Part shown: piece by piece, positions 36,052-47,222 of the stretch
Layout of the letters: every line of letters begins with the position of its first letter
How positions within the stretch are numbered: the stretch's first letter is position 1
IMG/VR virus record: IMGVR_UViG_3300034092_003233
Span: 1-64,000 of that record
Origin: a virus
DNA length: 64,000 nt
Reading direction: 5' to 3' (one strand)
Program-made: the position numbers and the translations under genes
The notes under the pieces: model-generated
What the model was told of the DNA's origin: nothing
The model's database searches: none
Seen by the model: the letters and a program-made list of their open reading frames with translations, nothing else

Positions 36052-37701
36052 TTAAGAGGCTGTTACCGAATAAGTACTTGTTGTTGGATTGCTAACTTGA
36101 TACCAAGTCCACGATATTGTTACTCCATGACTATTTAACTCAGAAAATGTTCCTGTAACTGGAGAAAGCGATAGATTGTTTGGATCTTTCCATGAACTAT
36201 AAGAACCGGGAGAACCCGGAGAAGTTGGAACGACAACATAACAATATTCTGGGCTTCCAGATGCTATAAATGAATATGTAAATGTACCAAGAGATGTAGT
36301 AGAACTTGTAAATCTACTTGATGAACCTGTTGTTAAATTTGAAATAGATGTCAACGAAGCAGAAGAACTTTTTCCATAATATATTCTATGCAACCAACTA
36401 TATGACTGTGTTCTAGAAACTAAGTTATTAGAAACTTGTTGACCAGTTATTCCAAATTGTATTGTGGTGGGAACTGTATATCTGTAATCAGGATGCGTCA
36501 CACCAGCCGGAGAACTGTTATAATTTAAACTACCACGAAGTAAGGTAGCAGTCGTATTATTTGATATTTGAACTGATCCTGCGATCCAATTTGCTCCGGG
36601 ACCACTAGTGCTCCATGTTGCATTGTACGAACCAGCAGCAGAAGTTAAACCAAGATCAAATGTGCTTGCACTCAGATTTATATTAAACGCGGTGAAAGAT
36701 ACAGGTTGATATGGATATATCAATTGCTCTAATACATCTATTGCACTAGAACCAACTGCAAATGTTATACCGTTTGCTATTCCGTTTGAATAACCCGGAT
36801 CTGTGTTTGTCCAAGATGGTAAAACTACTTCTCCTGTTAGACCATCAACTGATATTACATAATCGCCAACTGGTCCAGTATCACCTTTTTCTCCAGTTGG
36901 ACCTGTGGGACCTGTGGGACCAGTTGGACCTGTGGGACCAAGCTGAGTATACATAACCTGATTTGCTGAAAGAATTACAGAAGGAATTGCCGGTCTAGTT
37001 GGGCTTGTTCCTGCTGGATCTGCGATAAATTCTAAACGGGTATCAGATGTTCTCCACATCAATTCAACATAATCATTCGCATTAAGATTCAACATATAGT
37101 TCCACGCAGCAACTGTTTTGGCTGCGGCTGCGCCGCCGGAAACAGTTACGATAGTGTTGCTATCTGGAATATCTGATCCATTCTTGCGGAACCATATATC
37201 AATAGTGTCTGTACCGGATCCAGAAACTCTGTCCGCCTGTGCTGAAAACTGAATGTTATATACACCGGAATTACTGAATGTAATTCTTGAATTGGAAACA
37301 ATACTTACACCATTAGAATTTGGATCTGTATTATTGTAAGTAATTGCATAAGCAAGTGTTGTACTTGCTGCTGCTTGGTCTTGAGTTGACCAGAAACTAC
37401 CCCAATATCCTAAAGCTCCACCTGCTCCAGTGGCTCCAGTGGCTCCCGTAGCACCAGTAGCTCCACCACCACCACCACCAGTTGATGCAATTGTAATTAT
37501 ATTACCCGATGGAGTTAGGGTAATATTTGATCCAGCCGCTAAAGTAACACCACCACTTAAACCATTTAGTTGACTTACATAACTTCCAGATATACCAGCG
37601 GATGATATATTGTCCCATGCATAACCGTTCCATTGCCATGAACGACCACCAAATGTGTAAATTTGATTAAGTGCTGGTGATGTAGGAAAATCTAGTGCCA
37701 T
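36052..37701 (-). CDS. Tail fibre-like protein with short collagen (GAT/GPT) segments
   Basis: MALDFPTSP..WQWNGYAW; GATGAT and GPTGPT runs; C1q/TNF-like GVYNIQFSAQ domain. Confidence 0.8.
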   Translation of the reverse strand: MALDFPTSPALNQIYTFGGRSWQWNGYAWDNISSAGISGSYVSQLNGLSGGVTLAAGSNITLTPSGNIITIASTGGGGGGATGATGATGATGAGGALGYWGSFWSTQDQAAASTTLAYAITYNNTDPNSNGVSIVSNSRITFSNSGVYNIQFSAQADRVSGSGTDTIDIWFRKNGSDIPDSNTIVTVSGGAAAAKTVAAWNYMLNLNANDYVELMWRTSDTRLEFIADPAGTSPTRPAIPSVILSANQVMYTQLGPTGPTGPTGPTGPTGEKGDTGPVGDYVISVDGLTGEVVLPSWTNTDPGYSNGIANGITFAVGSSAIDVLEQLIYPYQPVSFTAFNINLSASTFDLGLTSAAGSYNATWSTSGPGANWIAGSVQISNNTTATLLRGSLNYNSSPAGVTHPDYRYTVPTTIQFGITGQQVSNNLVSRTQSYSWLHRIYYGKSSSASLTSISNLTTGSSSRFTSSTTSLGTFTYSFIASGSPEYCYVVVPTSPGSPGSYSSWKDPNNLSLSPVTGTFSELNSHGVTISWTWYQVSNPTTSTYSVTAS

Positions 37702-37723
37702 GTGTTAACATTTATGTTAGATT

Positions 37724-38026
37724 TTAAACGTCTGTAGATCCAACAAACTCACCATTCGGAATAGACTTCGTAAAGGTATATGCAGATTTTACCTCATTCA
37801 TTCCCGCAGCATCAATGACAGAAGGTGCAAACCACACATCAAAATCAAACACATTGATGGTTCTTTCATCAAGAGGAATTTTATTGTCTAATCTGGCTTG
37901 TTCGGAAACATATCCATCCAAAATAATCGTACCTGTCTTGGCTGTATGATTTAGATTCAAAGTACGAATCTTCCAATATTGCGAATAGGTTCCTGTAGGA
38001 TGTTGAATAATTTGTTGTAGTGCCAT
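37724..38026 (-). CDS. Small fibre-associated protein
   Basis: Within fibre operon, TAATG-coupled. Confidence 0.65.
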   Translation of the reverse strand: MALQQIIQHPTGTYSQYWKIRTLNLNHTAKTGTIILDGYVSEQARLDNKIPLDERTINVFDFDVWFAPSVIDAAGMNEVKSAYTFTKSIPNGEFVGSTDV

Positions 38027-38346
38027 TATGTTGACTCCAATACTGATACGATGATATCAAGTCCCGCAGTTAATCCTGCTGTAACTTTGAGTGTGTCTCC
38101 TGTTACGAGTGGAATTGGTGCATCAAGTGCTTGGTATGTTGCTTGAATTGGAACTGCTGCTGCACGAACAATGTAGTACCCTGTTGCTCCCTTGAACAAC
38201 TGAACAGATACACTATTGGCTACTGTGGTGTTGCTGTTGGCAACATGAATAGCATTCACTATTGCGGTTCCCGTGATTCCCGCATAGATTGTGGTGGCTG
38301 CTGTGACACCGACTGAAGTTGCGTAATTTGTGTATATGTCTGGCAT
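38026..38346 (-). CDS. Small virion structural protein
   Basis: Late promoter CATAAATA at 38372-38365, SD AGGAG; beta-rich. Confidence 0.7.
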   Translation of the reverse strand: MPDIYTNYATSVGVTAATTIYAGITGTAIVNAIHVANSNTTVANSVSVQLFKGATGYYIVRAAAVPIQATYQALDAPIPLVTGDTLKVTAGLTAGLDIIVSVLEST

Positions 38347-38367
38347 CTATTGGTTCTCCTATGGTAT

Positions 38368-39372
38368 TTATGTGTACGGTGCTGCGTTTTTGTATGGGTG
38401 GTCTGCGGGAAGATTTGCGATGAGTCCCCATTTATGGGCAAGGTAGCCTTCGATGATATTTCTATTTGTGGTAGTCAATGCACTCTTGTAGAAAACAATT
38501 TCAGCAATGTCGATGCCCTGCGCTTGTTGTGATGAGTTATTGAACCACCCACCGATGCCAACAACATTGCTAGTAGTTGCTGTTGACACAACAGTATTGG
38601 ATGATTTATTCGTAAAGTCGCCGTTGTTCCACACATTATGAGTGGTTCCGTCCCGTTGATTGGCAATGATGTTCCATTGTGTGTCTGTTGCCGTAACGAA
38701 CACACCATACGGTGGAGAGGATTCACGCACACCGCCACCAAAACTGTTTGCGGTGGTGTCGTTTCTACCAAACCAAAAACCATTTATGTAATCCTGATCT
38801 ACTAGGCGTTCGAATGCATTATTTGTTCCGCTAGTATCCTTAAATACCACATAGAAGGTGAAGTCCGTGAATGAGTATGACGATGTGGTTCTACAAGGAT
38901 TGTTTGCAAACCTGTAGATGGGTAGGGAGTTGAGGGCGTTGGTCACATAGGTTGGACCAGTTCCAAATGCCGTGGCATTTGAACCACTCACCGTCAGATT
39001 CGTCATCGTAGATACCGACTGACCATTTGAATAGCCTATTTCATTATCTGCCGCATACCAAAGAAGAAGATTAGCGACATCTACATCTGACGGTGTTTTT
39101 ATTGAACTCAAAACCCTCTCCATGTAATGCTTCAGAATAGGAATGGTTCCTGCTGCTGTACGGCGTTGATCGGTGGTTCCGTTGTAACCAGAGTTTAATC
39201 CAAATCCCCGTTTAGGAATTAGAAGATTCTGCTTTGCCCATATGTTGCTGCGTTGTATTCCACCAGTTTCCTGCCGCACACCCACCCAAGCAGAACCATC
39301 CCATGCCCACACCTTTCCTTCGTAGGTGTATTCTTGGTTTACTGACGGAGATGTTGGAAATTGTATGGGCAT
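38368..39372 (-). CDS. Virion protein with LamG/concanavalin-like domain
   Basis: MPIQFPTSP..WAWDGSAW; LLLWYAAD..DIAEIVFY..IEGYLAHKWG. Confidence 0.75.
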   Translation of the reverse strand: MPIQFPTSPSVNQEYTYEGKVWAWDGSAWVGVRQETGGIQRSNIWAKQNLLIPKRGFGLNSGYNGTTDQRRTAAGTIPILKHYMERVLSSIKTPSDVDVANLLLWYAADNEIGYSNGQSVSTMTNLTVSGSNATAFGTGPTYVTNALNSLPIYRFANNPCRTTSSYSFTDFTFYVVFKDTSGTNNAFERLVDQDYINGFWFGRNDTTANSFGGGVRESSPPYGVFVTATDTQWNIIANQRDGTTHNVWNNGDFTNKSSNTVVSTATTSNVVGIGGWFNNSSQQAQGIDIAEIVFYKSALTTTNRNIIEGYLAHKWGLIANLPADHPYKNAAPYT

Positions 39373-40253
39373 GGTGTTTATGCTGTTGGTGCTGCGTTTA
39401 GATACGGATGACCCACAGGAAGACTGCCTTGCAATTTCCACTTCCATGCAAGATATCCTTCAATGAGTTGTCTGGTCGTGGTGTTTGTAGATTGCACCAT
39501 TATGACCTCTGCAATTACTATGTTGGATGCTCTATTGACAGTATATTGTCTTGCTAATGAATAACCAACATTGGTGTTGTCTGGTGTTGCAATAGTGTTA
39601 GTGGTGCTTTCCAAGGTTCCGTTTCTCCACACTCCCCATCCCGTGGTATTGCTTTGAAATGCCATTATGTTACCAACATTATTCGCGTATACAGTTCCGC
39701 TACTCAAATCATAATTTGCTTGTGCAGCCCCTTGGTAATATGGATAGCAAGCACCTAAATTGTTACTGTTTTTTACATAGTGTAAGGCACCACGATCCGT
39801 TCCCTGTCCTGCTGAAGCCAAAACGCCTATTGATGGTCTATAGGCATCACTACCAGTTCCTGCTCCACTTCTTGACCATACCCAATACACTCCATGTGAT
39901 TGATTTTGCATTGCTGTGGTGGAAATATCCATAGCATCGTTGGAACCATCAAACAAAACTCCAGGCAATGAACCAGGAAAGGCGGTTGCAGAGTATGCTG
40001 GTTGATTTGCTGATGTTGCTTGCACAGCATTTACTCCACCACCTTTTCTATCAGCCCATGTGGAAACACCTGTAGAAATTGTGAGGGTTGAAGATTGTGC
40101 TGCATCCAACCAAAATACTGTTGAGATTTCTTGGGGAGTCCAAAGCGTGCTATTAAACTCTCCCAAATCTCTCTCCATGTAATGCTTCAGACTAGGAATA
40201 GTTCCTGCCGCTGTACGGCGTTGATCTGTGTTGCCACAGTATCCTGAATTGAG
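39116..40253 (-). repeat. Dispersed ~83-bp direct repeat (39116-39198, 40171-40253)
   Basis: Both copies encode [28 protein letters not shown] with long identical DNA stretches. Confidence 0.85.
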
Positions 40254-40268
40254 TCGCCATCTTCTCAT
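39378..40268 (-). CDS. Virion protein with LamG/concanavalin-like domain (paralog)
   Basis: [22 protein letters not shown]; ATGA overlap. Confidence 0.75.
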   Translation of the reverse strand: MRRWRLNSGYCGNTDQRRTAAGTIPSLKHYMERDLGEFNSTLWTPQEISTVFWLDAAQSSTLTISTGVSTWADRKGGGVNAVQATSANQPAYSATAFPGSLPGVLFDGSNDAMDISTTAMQNQSHGVYWVWSRSGAGTGSDAYRPSIGVLASAGQGTDRGALHYVKNSNNLGACYPYYQGAAQANYDLSSGTVYANNVGNIMAFQSNTTGWGVWRNGTLESTTNTIATPDNTNVGYSLARQYTVNRASNIVIAEVIMVQSTNTTTRQLIEGYLAWKWKLQGSLPVGHPYLNAAPTA

Positions 40269-42553
40269 GATAAGAACCACCCTCTCTTGAAGTCTACGAT
40301 GTATTGAACTGTACCTGTGAGTCCGTTGACTGATATTACATAGTCTCCAACAGGACCAGTCGCACCTTGAGGACCAGTTGCACCTTGAGAACCCGTTGCA
40401 CCAGTAGCACCTGTTGCACCTTGAGAACCCGTTGCACCTTGAGAACCCGTTGCACCAGTAGCACCTGTTGCACCTTGCGATCCTGTTGCACCTTGCGATC
40501 CTGTTGCACCTTGCGATCCTGTTGCACCTTGAGGACCAGTTGCACCTTGAGAACCCGTTGCACCTTGAGAACCCGTTGCACCTTGAGAACCCGTTGCACC
40601 TTGAGAACCCGTTGCACCAGTAGCACCTGTTGCACCTTGCGATCCTGTTGCACCTTGAGGACCAGTTGCACCTGTGTTACCTTGAGAACCAGTAGCACCA
40701 TTTGCACCAGCAACCCCTGCCGCACCAGTTGCTCCTTGAGGACCAAATGGTTCAACCCAATATGAAGACGAGCCATCTGTGATGTAAACAAACACATTTC
40801 CGCTGCTTGTGTTGAACCACATATCACCGTATGTGGCTCCTGCGGGTGCTGTGGTTGATGAGGTGAAACTTATTGCACCTGAGATACCTTGAGGACCCGT
40901 AACACCTGTTGCACCTGTATTACCTTGCGGACCAGTGGCACCAGTAGCACCTTGTTCACCTGTAGCACCTTGAGGACCTGTAGCACCTGTTGTACCTTGA
41001 GGACCTGTGGCTCCTGTAGCACCAGTAGCACCTGTGGTTCCAACAACAGTAGAAGAAATAGCAGAAATAAAATCAGTATAAGATATTTGTTTGGTTTCTT
41101 CGTCGGCCGCATCAGTTACAAGAATATTTGAAGTCGATTTAAAGGTGGAGGCTGGAGCAGTATAATCAAAATAGTTATTAAGGCTGGCAACCGTGGTAAC
41201 AAACATTTGATTTGCTTTTGCAGGGTTGCCAAGCACATTTGTAGTCTTATCTTGTAATAATAAAATATCACCTTTTCCAATATCTTTAGCACTTCTAGTA
41301 GGAAATGTTAAACCACCCCGTGAATAGTCAATACCAAATGAATGCGTATTTCCTGCAATCGCGTAAGAAATGCCCCGCAACCCTTGTAGATTTACTTCGC
41401 CTGTTGTTCCACTCAAAGAAACAACATAGGGGCCACTTATTCCGTCACCACCTCCGCCTCCACCTGTAATGTTAACTTCTACATTTTTTCCTTTTCGTGT
41501 TACTGTAACACCAGAACCAGTGAAATTAATGTCATTTACAGATTTAATAATCTGTGCTTTATTGAATTGTATTCCTACTGCACCACCACCAATAGAAGTT
41601 AAATCAAATGAACCACTCTTAAGAGATGATAATTTTTCTACTAGTTTTTCTATCTTTTTAGAATCAAACGAAAGGTGTTTAGTCTTTGCATCATAAACTA
41701 GTGGATGCGATACTTTTACAATACCAGTTTCACCGGGATCACCTTTGTCTCCCTTTTCGCCTTTCTTTCCTGCTGGTCCTTGTTTTCCAGTTTTTCCATC
41801 CTTCCCATCTTTTCCGGGTGATCCTTGTTTTCCTTCAGGACCAATGTTTCCGTCTTTGCCCGGATCTCCCTTGTCTCCCCTTTCTCCTCTTTCCCCATCT
41901 TTTCCGTTGCGACCGGCCGCGCCAGCGGGGCCAGGTTTGCCTTCAGGTCCTGGTTCACCGCGATCACCTTTTGGTCCAACAGGACCAGGCATTCCATCTT
42001 TACCATCTTTACCATTTGTTCCCGGTATTCCTTGATCTCCTTTGTCTCCTTTTGGACCAGGAATACCTAGTTCACCCCGTTCTCCGGGATCACCTTTCTC
42101 TCCCCTATCTCCCTTGTCTCCTTTGGGTCCTGCAAAACCAACGGGACCCATAGGTCCTCGTTCCCCTGCTGTTCCTCTTGGACCTGGAGTTCCTTCTTCT
42201 ATTATTTTTTGTTGTATTGTTTTATTAACAACTATTACTTTTGGTTCTTCTGGTTTTACTGTTTCTTCCACATATGGATCAAATAACTCTTGTATTTGCT
42301 TGGTAGAACCACGCAGAGTCATTTCTCCGTTGGGAGTGTTTATTGTAACTTCAGAAAGACCATAACCAAGTTTCCAAACATTATCAGAAGATGAATTATC
42401 AGAAATGCTTACAATAGTTCCTTCTGATAGACCTAACTCTTCTCGTACTAATATAAATTTATCACCGGGAGAATGATTACCAACAACAATACGAGAAGAA
42501 CCAATTTTTGGCTCCTCTTCGTTTGAATTGACATAATCAAAAAAATTCTTCAT
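40265..42553 (-). CDS. Collagen-like fibre protein (charged Gly-X-Y domain plus Thr-rich GAT/GSQ domains)
   Basis: Long Gly-X-Y runs; GDMWFNT..DG..WV module. Confidence 0.9.
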   Translation of the reverse strand: MKNFFDYVNSNEEEPKIGSSRIVVGNHSPGDKFILVREELGLSEGTIVSISDNSSSDNVWKLGYGLSEVTINTPNGEMTLRGSTKQIQELFDPYVEETVKPEEPKVIVVNKTIQQKIIEEGTPGPRGTAGERGPMGPVGFAGPKGDKGDRGEKGDPGERGELGIPGPKGDKGDQGIPGTNGKDGKDGMPGPVGPKGDRGEPGPEGKPGPAGAAGRNGKDGERGERGDKGDPGKDGNIGPEGKQGSPGKDGKDGKTGKQGPAGKKGEKGDKGDPGETGIVKVSHPLVYDAKTKHLSFDSKKIEKLVEKLSSLKSGSFDLTSIGGGAVGIQFNKAQIIKSVNDINFTGSGVTVTRKGKNVEVNITGGGGGGDGISGPYVVSLSGTTGEVNLQGLRGISYAIAGNTHSFGIDYSRGGLTFPTRSAKDIGKGDILLLQDKTTNVLGNPAKANQMFVTTVASLNNYFDYTAPASTFKSTSNILVTDAADEETKQISYTDFISAISSTVVGTTGATGATGATGPQGTTGATGPQGATGEQGATGATGPQGNTGATGVTGPQGISGAISFTSSTTAPAGATYGDMWFNTSSGNVFVYITDGSSSYWVEPFGPQGATGAAGVAGANGATGSQGNTGATGPQGATGSQGATGATGATGSQGATGSQGATGSQGATGSQGATGPQGATGSQGATGSQGATGSQGATGATGATGSQGATGSQGATGATGATGSQGATGPQGATGPVGDYVISVNGLTGTVQYIVDFKRGWFLS
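40352..40744 (-). repeat. Tandem 9/18-bp repeats encoding [12 protein letters not shown]
   Basis: Repeated ttgcaccttgagaacccg / ttgcaccttgcgatcctg units. Confidence 0.9.
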
Positions 42554-42675
42554 CTATGATAGACTATTGTTTTATTTTTTTCTTGAATTGTTATTGCAAT
42601 AACTTTTCTGCTATTGGAAACAGTTTGACTTTTACTAACAATAACTTTGTATTTTTCGGTTAATAGAATTTTCAT
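42550..42675 (-). CDS. 41-aa hypothetical protein
   Basis: [17 protein letters not shown]...; ATGA overlaps with neighbours on both sides. Confidence 0.6.
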   Translation of the reverse strand: MKILLTEKYKVIVSKSQTVSNSRKVIAITIQEKNKTIVYHR

Positions 42676-43073
42676 TTTGTTACACTCGGAGTAGTATCAA
42701 AACGACCTTCCATCAAACGAATATTACTGCCATTACTATTGCTAACTTGAATGTCGTAAACAAACTTTCCAACAGGCATGTCTGCCATTCCTGAACCAGA
42801 AACATATAAAAGAATACCACCAGTAGCACCAGTAGTACCACTGATATCAACATTTAAAGTTATTCCTCCATAACCACCAGTCAACCCAACTGTAGCACCT
42901 AGTGGATTACCAGAAAACGATGCAAGAACAGTATCCAATTCATAAGAACGGCGGACTTCCATCTTTGCGGTATAGTTGGTAAAATCAAATGGTGTGTCTT
43001 CGTTGTTTAAATAACGGAGGTACAACCAAAAATCAGAACCCTGTTCTGCTGGAATATCGTAATTTGCTGACAT
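42672..43073 (-). CDS. Ig-like baseplate/fibre attachment protein
   Basis: YDIPAEQGSDF..DFTNYTAKMEVR..YDIQV..RLMEGRF; late promoter GATAAATA at 43101-43094. Confidence 0.65.
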   Translation of the reverse strand: MSANYDIPAEQGSDFWLYLRYLNNEDTPFDFTNYTAKMEVRRSYELDTVLASFSGNPLGATVGLTGGYGGITLNVDISGTTGATGGILLYVSGSGMADMPVGKFVYDIQVSNSNGSNIRLMEGRFDTTPSVTK

Positions 43074-43101
43074 AGATTAGCTCCTAACTAATCTATTTAT
43101 C

Positions 43102-44298
43102 TTATCTCTTTGCTCGTTCTTTTTTCTTGTGGAGTTTGAGTTTTTTCTTTTCCATCTTTTGTTCAACTTTTTTTTCATTTAGTTGAATTTTTGTCTCAAT
43201 AATGATTCTTTCATACTCGCTTAGATTTTTCTTAACTCTTTCAATTTCATTGGCAGGGAGAAGATTACGATCTAACAATGCTTTACATGCGTTATAACCG
43301 ATTTCAATCTTACCGGCATAAAACGCAGTGCTTCCAATTTCATCCAATATCCCGTATCGATACACATCATTGTCTATGAACAGAATATCGTCTTTTGGGT
43401 AAGGTATCTCTGCTGCCATTTTGGCAAAGACATATCCAAGAGCAGGCTTTCCATTAAGTCTGTAGATTCTTGCAATTTGATATAAAGGTTCAGCGCGATT
43501 TGGTCGTGCATTATAAGCATCTAGGAATGCTTGTTGAATTTCAACCCAGTTCTTATTTTGCAGTGCTCTGGTTATTCCTATTCGATATATTGAATAATAA
43601 ATCTCTTCTGGCCACCCACCCATCTCTACTCTCTTGACATATGCTTGTTCTGCCTTTTCCCATTGCTGAGAATCAAAATAACTTTGAGCAAGATAGAATT
43701 GATACCGAACATTTTCTGGCTCATCAATTAAAGCCTTTTCTAAGATTTCTGCATCTTTCTTATACTTTTCTACGGGAGTGATGTTTTGGTTTCTACCACC
43801 AACCGTTCTAGCCACAACTCTGTAATCACCAACCAATCTGTCAATTGTTGGTTGTCGTTGTTCTGTTAGTGCTGGATATTCGTGGAGAACACCATAATAT
43901 TTCCATCCACATCCACTCTTAAAGATCTGAGTTCTCCACCAAGAGAAATCCATTCTGCCCATGAGAACAGCATAGCCCTCATGTCCTACTAGTTTTTCTA
44001 CTGGTAGTTTTCCTTCAACATAATCATCGGCATCAATCATGAAGATATAATCTGCTTTACCATCAGCAAGTCTTAGTGCTTCCGTGCGATTTTCACCAAA
44101 GGAAACCCAAGGGCGTTCATGTAATTCGCCGGGAATTCCTTTTTCTGCAAAGTAGTTTTTAATCAGTTCTTGGGTTCCATCGGTTGAACCAGTATCAACT
44201 ATTACCCAATAATCAATTTGATCATAAAGACTGTCGAAACATTCTTTAATAATGTGCGATTCATTTTTAACGATCATCGATAGGCATAATTTATGCAT
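43102..44298 (-). CDS. GT2 glycosyltransferase with TPR repeats
   Basis: LCLSMIVKNE, VDTGSTDGT, IDADD, VLHE; TPR-like helices. Confidence 0.9.
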   Translation of the reverse strand: MHKLCLSMIVKNESHIIKECFDSLYDQIDYWVIVDTGSTDGTQELIKNYFAEKGIPGELHERPWVSFGENRTEALRLADGKADYIFMIDADDYVEGKLPVEKLVGHEGYAVLMGRMDFSWWRTQIFKSGCGWKYYGVLHEYPALTEQRQPTIDRLVGDYRVVARTVGGRNQNITPVEKYKKDAEILEKALIDEPENVRYQFYLAQSYFDSQQWEKAEQAYVKRVEMGGWPEEIYYSIYRIGITRALQNKNWVEIQQAFLDAYNARPNRAEPLYQIARIYRLNGKPALGYVFAKMAAEIPYPKDDILFIDNDVYRYGILDEIGSTAFYAGKIEIGYNACKALLDRNLLPANEIERVKKNLSEYERIIIETKIQLNEKKVEQKMEKKKLKLHKKKERAKR

Positions 44299-45073
44299 AA
44301 TTATTATTCTCCAGTAAACACTTATATGTATTTAAAATTCCTCTATGCAATCCAATAGTTTGAATAGGTAATTCTGAATCGCCACAATAAAAATCAAATT
44401 CATCTTTATTGTCAATGACTATAGGAACTTTATGTTCTCCAAGCACATTTATAAAATTTGCTATATTTTTTAATGAATATTTGTGACTGTATGAACAATT
44501 TATTTGTTTATCTAATTTATCATTTTCAATAAAATGTTGCACCAGTGTTATAAAATCTTTCATATAAAAAAAATCCATTATTTTATTTTGATGAATTACC
44601 ATCGATTCTTTTTTTAGATATCTAATTAAATTGGCTTTAATGAATCTTGTATTCAATTCATTTTCATCAAATAATCCAAATATTCTTAAATTGTAAAAGT
44701 TATCATATTTTTCTATTTGTTTTGCAATTTCTCTTTTACTGTTGGCATACGGTGTGTCTCCATGAAAAATTTCAGCGCCCGAACCAAAAGATATTAACTT
44801 GGAAAAGGACTTTTGGTTGGCGATCAAATTGTTGAACATCGCCATATTATTATCAAACACACAAGAATCATCTAGTTGTAGTCTACTGCCTCCACTAATG
44901 GCAGTATGAATCACAACATCGAATGTTTTACCGTCAAACCATTCACAGGTTTGTTGGTGATTTGTCAAATCAAAATCATTTCGTGTAATATAAGTAATTT
45001 GGTATTTTTGATTCAATGCATGATTTAAACTTTTTGCAATATAACCATTACCGCCAGTAATTAGTACATTCAT
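44291..45073 (-). CDS. NAD-dependent epimerase/reductase
   Basis: ITGGNGYIA, YANSK. Confidence 0.88.
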   Translation of the reverse strand: MNVLITGGNGYIAKSLNHALNQKYQITYITRNDFDLTNHQQTCEWFDGKTFDVVIHTAISGGSRLQLDDSCVFDNNMAMFNNLIANQKSFSKLISFGSGAEIFHGDTPYANSKREIAKQIEKYDNFYNLRIFGLFDENELNTRFIKANLIRYLKKESMVIHQNKIMDFFYMKDFITLVQHFIENDKLDKQINCSYSHKYSLKNIANFINVLGEHKVPIVIDNKDEFDFYCGDSELPIQTIGLHRGILNTYKCLLENNNYA

Positions 45074-46836
45074 TTCATAATTTCTTTCATTTCACTTTCA
45101 TCAAGATAGGGGAACATATTTTCTAATGAATTTGATATTATCCTACCATCAGCATCTTTAGAGCTTTGCACCCGTGGTATTAGTAATTGATTTTCTGTCA
45201 TCATAATTTCACATAATACTGGTTCAGCTTTGTTTAAAATTAAACTAATATTATCTTCTAACTCTTTATTGTTTTTTAGTTTAAAAGTTTTAAACCCATA
45301 AGCTTCTGCTAATTTTGTAAAATTGGGAGAACTAATTCCACTTTTACTGTTAGAACCAATGTAATTACTATTGAATAGATTGTCTTGCATTAATGTTATT
45401 GCAAGATAACTGTTGTTGTTTAACACAAAAATTTTTAAAGGTATTTTATTATGGATTACTGTTTGTAATTCTTGAATGTTCATTTGCAAACCACCATCAC
45501 CAGAAATCAGGATGACTTCTCTTTGTGGATTTGCATAATACGCACCAATGGCTCCGGGTAAACCAAATCCCATAGAACAGCAAGCACTCGAAGTAAATAA
45601 TCGGTTTTTACCATTCATTTGTAGTGATTGCATGGTACAAGTGTAACTGGTTCCCATATCAGTTACTATTATATTATTGTCAGTCAAAACTGATGATAAT
45701 ATTTCCATAAAGTAAAATGAATTGATATTCTTTGTATTTGTTTTATATTCCGACTGAAATACTGGATATTTTTTTTTCCACGATTGAGTTTTATTTACCC
45801 AACAATTCCATTTTGGAATATTTTTATTTTTTAGTTCCAATAGGAGTCTAGGAAAAAATGATTTTAAATCTTCCACTATAGGATGATCTATTTTAATAGT
45901 TGGTTTTTTAATTTCATTTTCGTCTATGTCAACCATTATCTTGATTGAGTTTGGAGAAAATAAATCAGATTTATATCCTATATTTGGGATAGACATCCTA
46001 CTTCCTAGAATTAGTAATAAATCTGCTTTTTGAACTGCAAAATTTGCTGCTCGTTCTCCCAACAACCCAAAATTTCCAACAAACAATGGATCGTGCTGAC
46101 TCATTAAATCTTTGGATGTCCATGTAGATATTACAGGAATCTGTAATGTATTTTTTAATTCAACAAATAGTTCTTCAGTTTCTGATAAATGTATACCATT
46201 ACCAGTAACAATAACAGGAGATTTAGCTTTAAATATGAGATTTATTATTTGATCTAAATCATATCCAGTCGTGCTACTTTGTGGTTGAGCAAAAATTTTT
46301 TTTATTTCTATTCTACTATTTTGTATATCTAGAGGAATGTCTAACCATACAGGACCCTTTCTTCCTGACATAGCGATATTGTATGCTTTATCAAGATGAA
46401 ACTGTAAAGTATTTGGATCTGTTATCTGAACTGCATACTTAGTAATCGGTTTTACCATACTAATAATGTCACATTCTTGTACACCCAACTGTCTTAATTT
46501 TACATCATCTAAACTACAAAGAGATTGGTTTACCGGAACTTGACCAGAAATTACAATCATTGGAATAGAATCTTGATAAGCACCCAACACTCCAGTAATA
46601 GTATTTGACGAACCGGGACCATTTGTAACTAATACACATGCTGGTTTATTTGCCACTCTAGCATATCCTTCAGCAGCCATAGCACATGCTTGTTCGTGAT
46701 AATTGCAAATATAAGTAAATGGTTTTTCTCTGACAGAATTTAGTAAATGTGCGGCCGCTCCACCAGACACAGAAAAAATAGTATCAACATTCTTGGATAA
46801 TAGATAATCGAAGATATAATCAGAAATTTTAATCAT
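45070..46836 (-). CDS. ThDP-dependent acetolactate-synthase-like enzyme (YerE-like)
   Basis: HEQACAMAAEGYAR, TNGPG, GDGG..MNIQEL..LNNN; context among sugar genes. Confidence 0.88.
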   Translation of the reverse strand: MIKISDYIFDYLLSKNVDTIFSVSGGAAAHLLNSVREKPFTYICNYHEQACAMAAEGYARVANKPACVLVTNGPGSSNTITGVLGAYQDSIPMIVISGQVPVNQSLCSLDDVKLRQLGVQECDIISMVKPITKYAVQITDPNTLQFHLDKAYNIAMSGRKGPVWLDIPLDIQNSRIEIKKIFAQPQSSTTGYDLDQIINLIFKAKSPVIVTGNGIHLSETEELFVELKNTLQIPVISTWTSKDLMSQHDPLFVGNFGLLGERAANFAVQKADLLLILGSRMSIPNIGYKSDLFSPNSIKIMVDIDENEIKKPTIKIDHPIVEDLKSFFPRLLLELKNKNIPKWNCWVNKTQSWKKKYPVFQSEYKTNTKNINSFYFMEILSSVLTDNNIIVTDMGTSYTCTMQSLQMNGKNRLFTSSACCSMGFGLPGAIGAYYANPQREVILISGDGGLQMNIQELQTVIHNKIPLKIFVLNNNSYLAITLMQDNLFNSNYIGSNSKSGISSPNFTKLAEAYGFKTFKLKNNKELEDNISLILNKAEPVLCEIMMTENQLLIPRVQSSKDADGRIISNSLENMFPYLDESEMKEIMK

Positions 46837-47222
46837 AATTTATCAATAAAAGCTAAAGTATCATTCCAATTTTCAAAACGATACCCATTATCGTCAATGT
46901 ATAACATTGCTCTAGGTTTTTCAGAAGTAATACCACTAATACAATCGAACACATCGTATTTTTTTAACCACTCTTCCACTAGTTCAATTCCAGTTTTACC
47001 ATTTACTAATGGTCTGTCGGATTTTGCTTTTGCAGTAAAAATGATAATTTTGTGTCGTTTTGATAAAGTTTTTATTGCTTCCAAAGAACCAGCAATTGGT
47101 TCCCCATAACAAGTTCCATCATACCATCCCTTATCAAATGTGTGAATAACTCCATCAAAATCTATGGCTATGTTATTTTTATCATTTTCATGACCGGGAG
47201 GAAACTGTATATTATTTTTCAT
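46833..47222 (-). CDS. HAD-family phosphatase
   Basis: IAIDFDGVI, FTA, K, YIDD. Confidence 0.8.
   Translation of the reverse strand: MKNNIQFPPGHENDKNNIAIDFDGVIHTFDKGWYDGTCYGEPIAGSLEAIKTLSKRHKIIIFTAKAKSDRPLVNGKTGIELVEEWLKKYDVFDCISGITSEKPRAMLYIDDNGYRFENWNDTLAFIDKL

Noticed and set aside
39116-40253. Diversity-generating retroelement template/variable repeat pair
   Set aside because: Differences are not adenine-restricted, both copies are N-terminal coding segments, and no reverse transcriptase is present
40336-42365. Alternative-frame repetitive ORFs over the collagen gene
   Set aside because: Stop-free by-products of Gly-X-Y codon repeats
45070-46836. Branched-chain amino acid biosynthesis (ilvB) as an auxiliary metabolic gene
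   Set aside because: No other ilv genes; context with RfbH and SDR enzymes favours sugar branching
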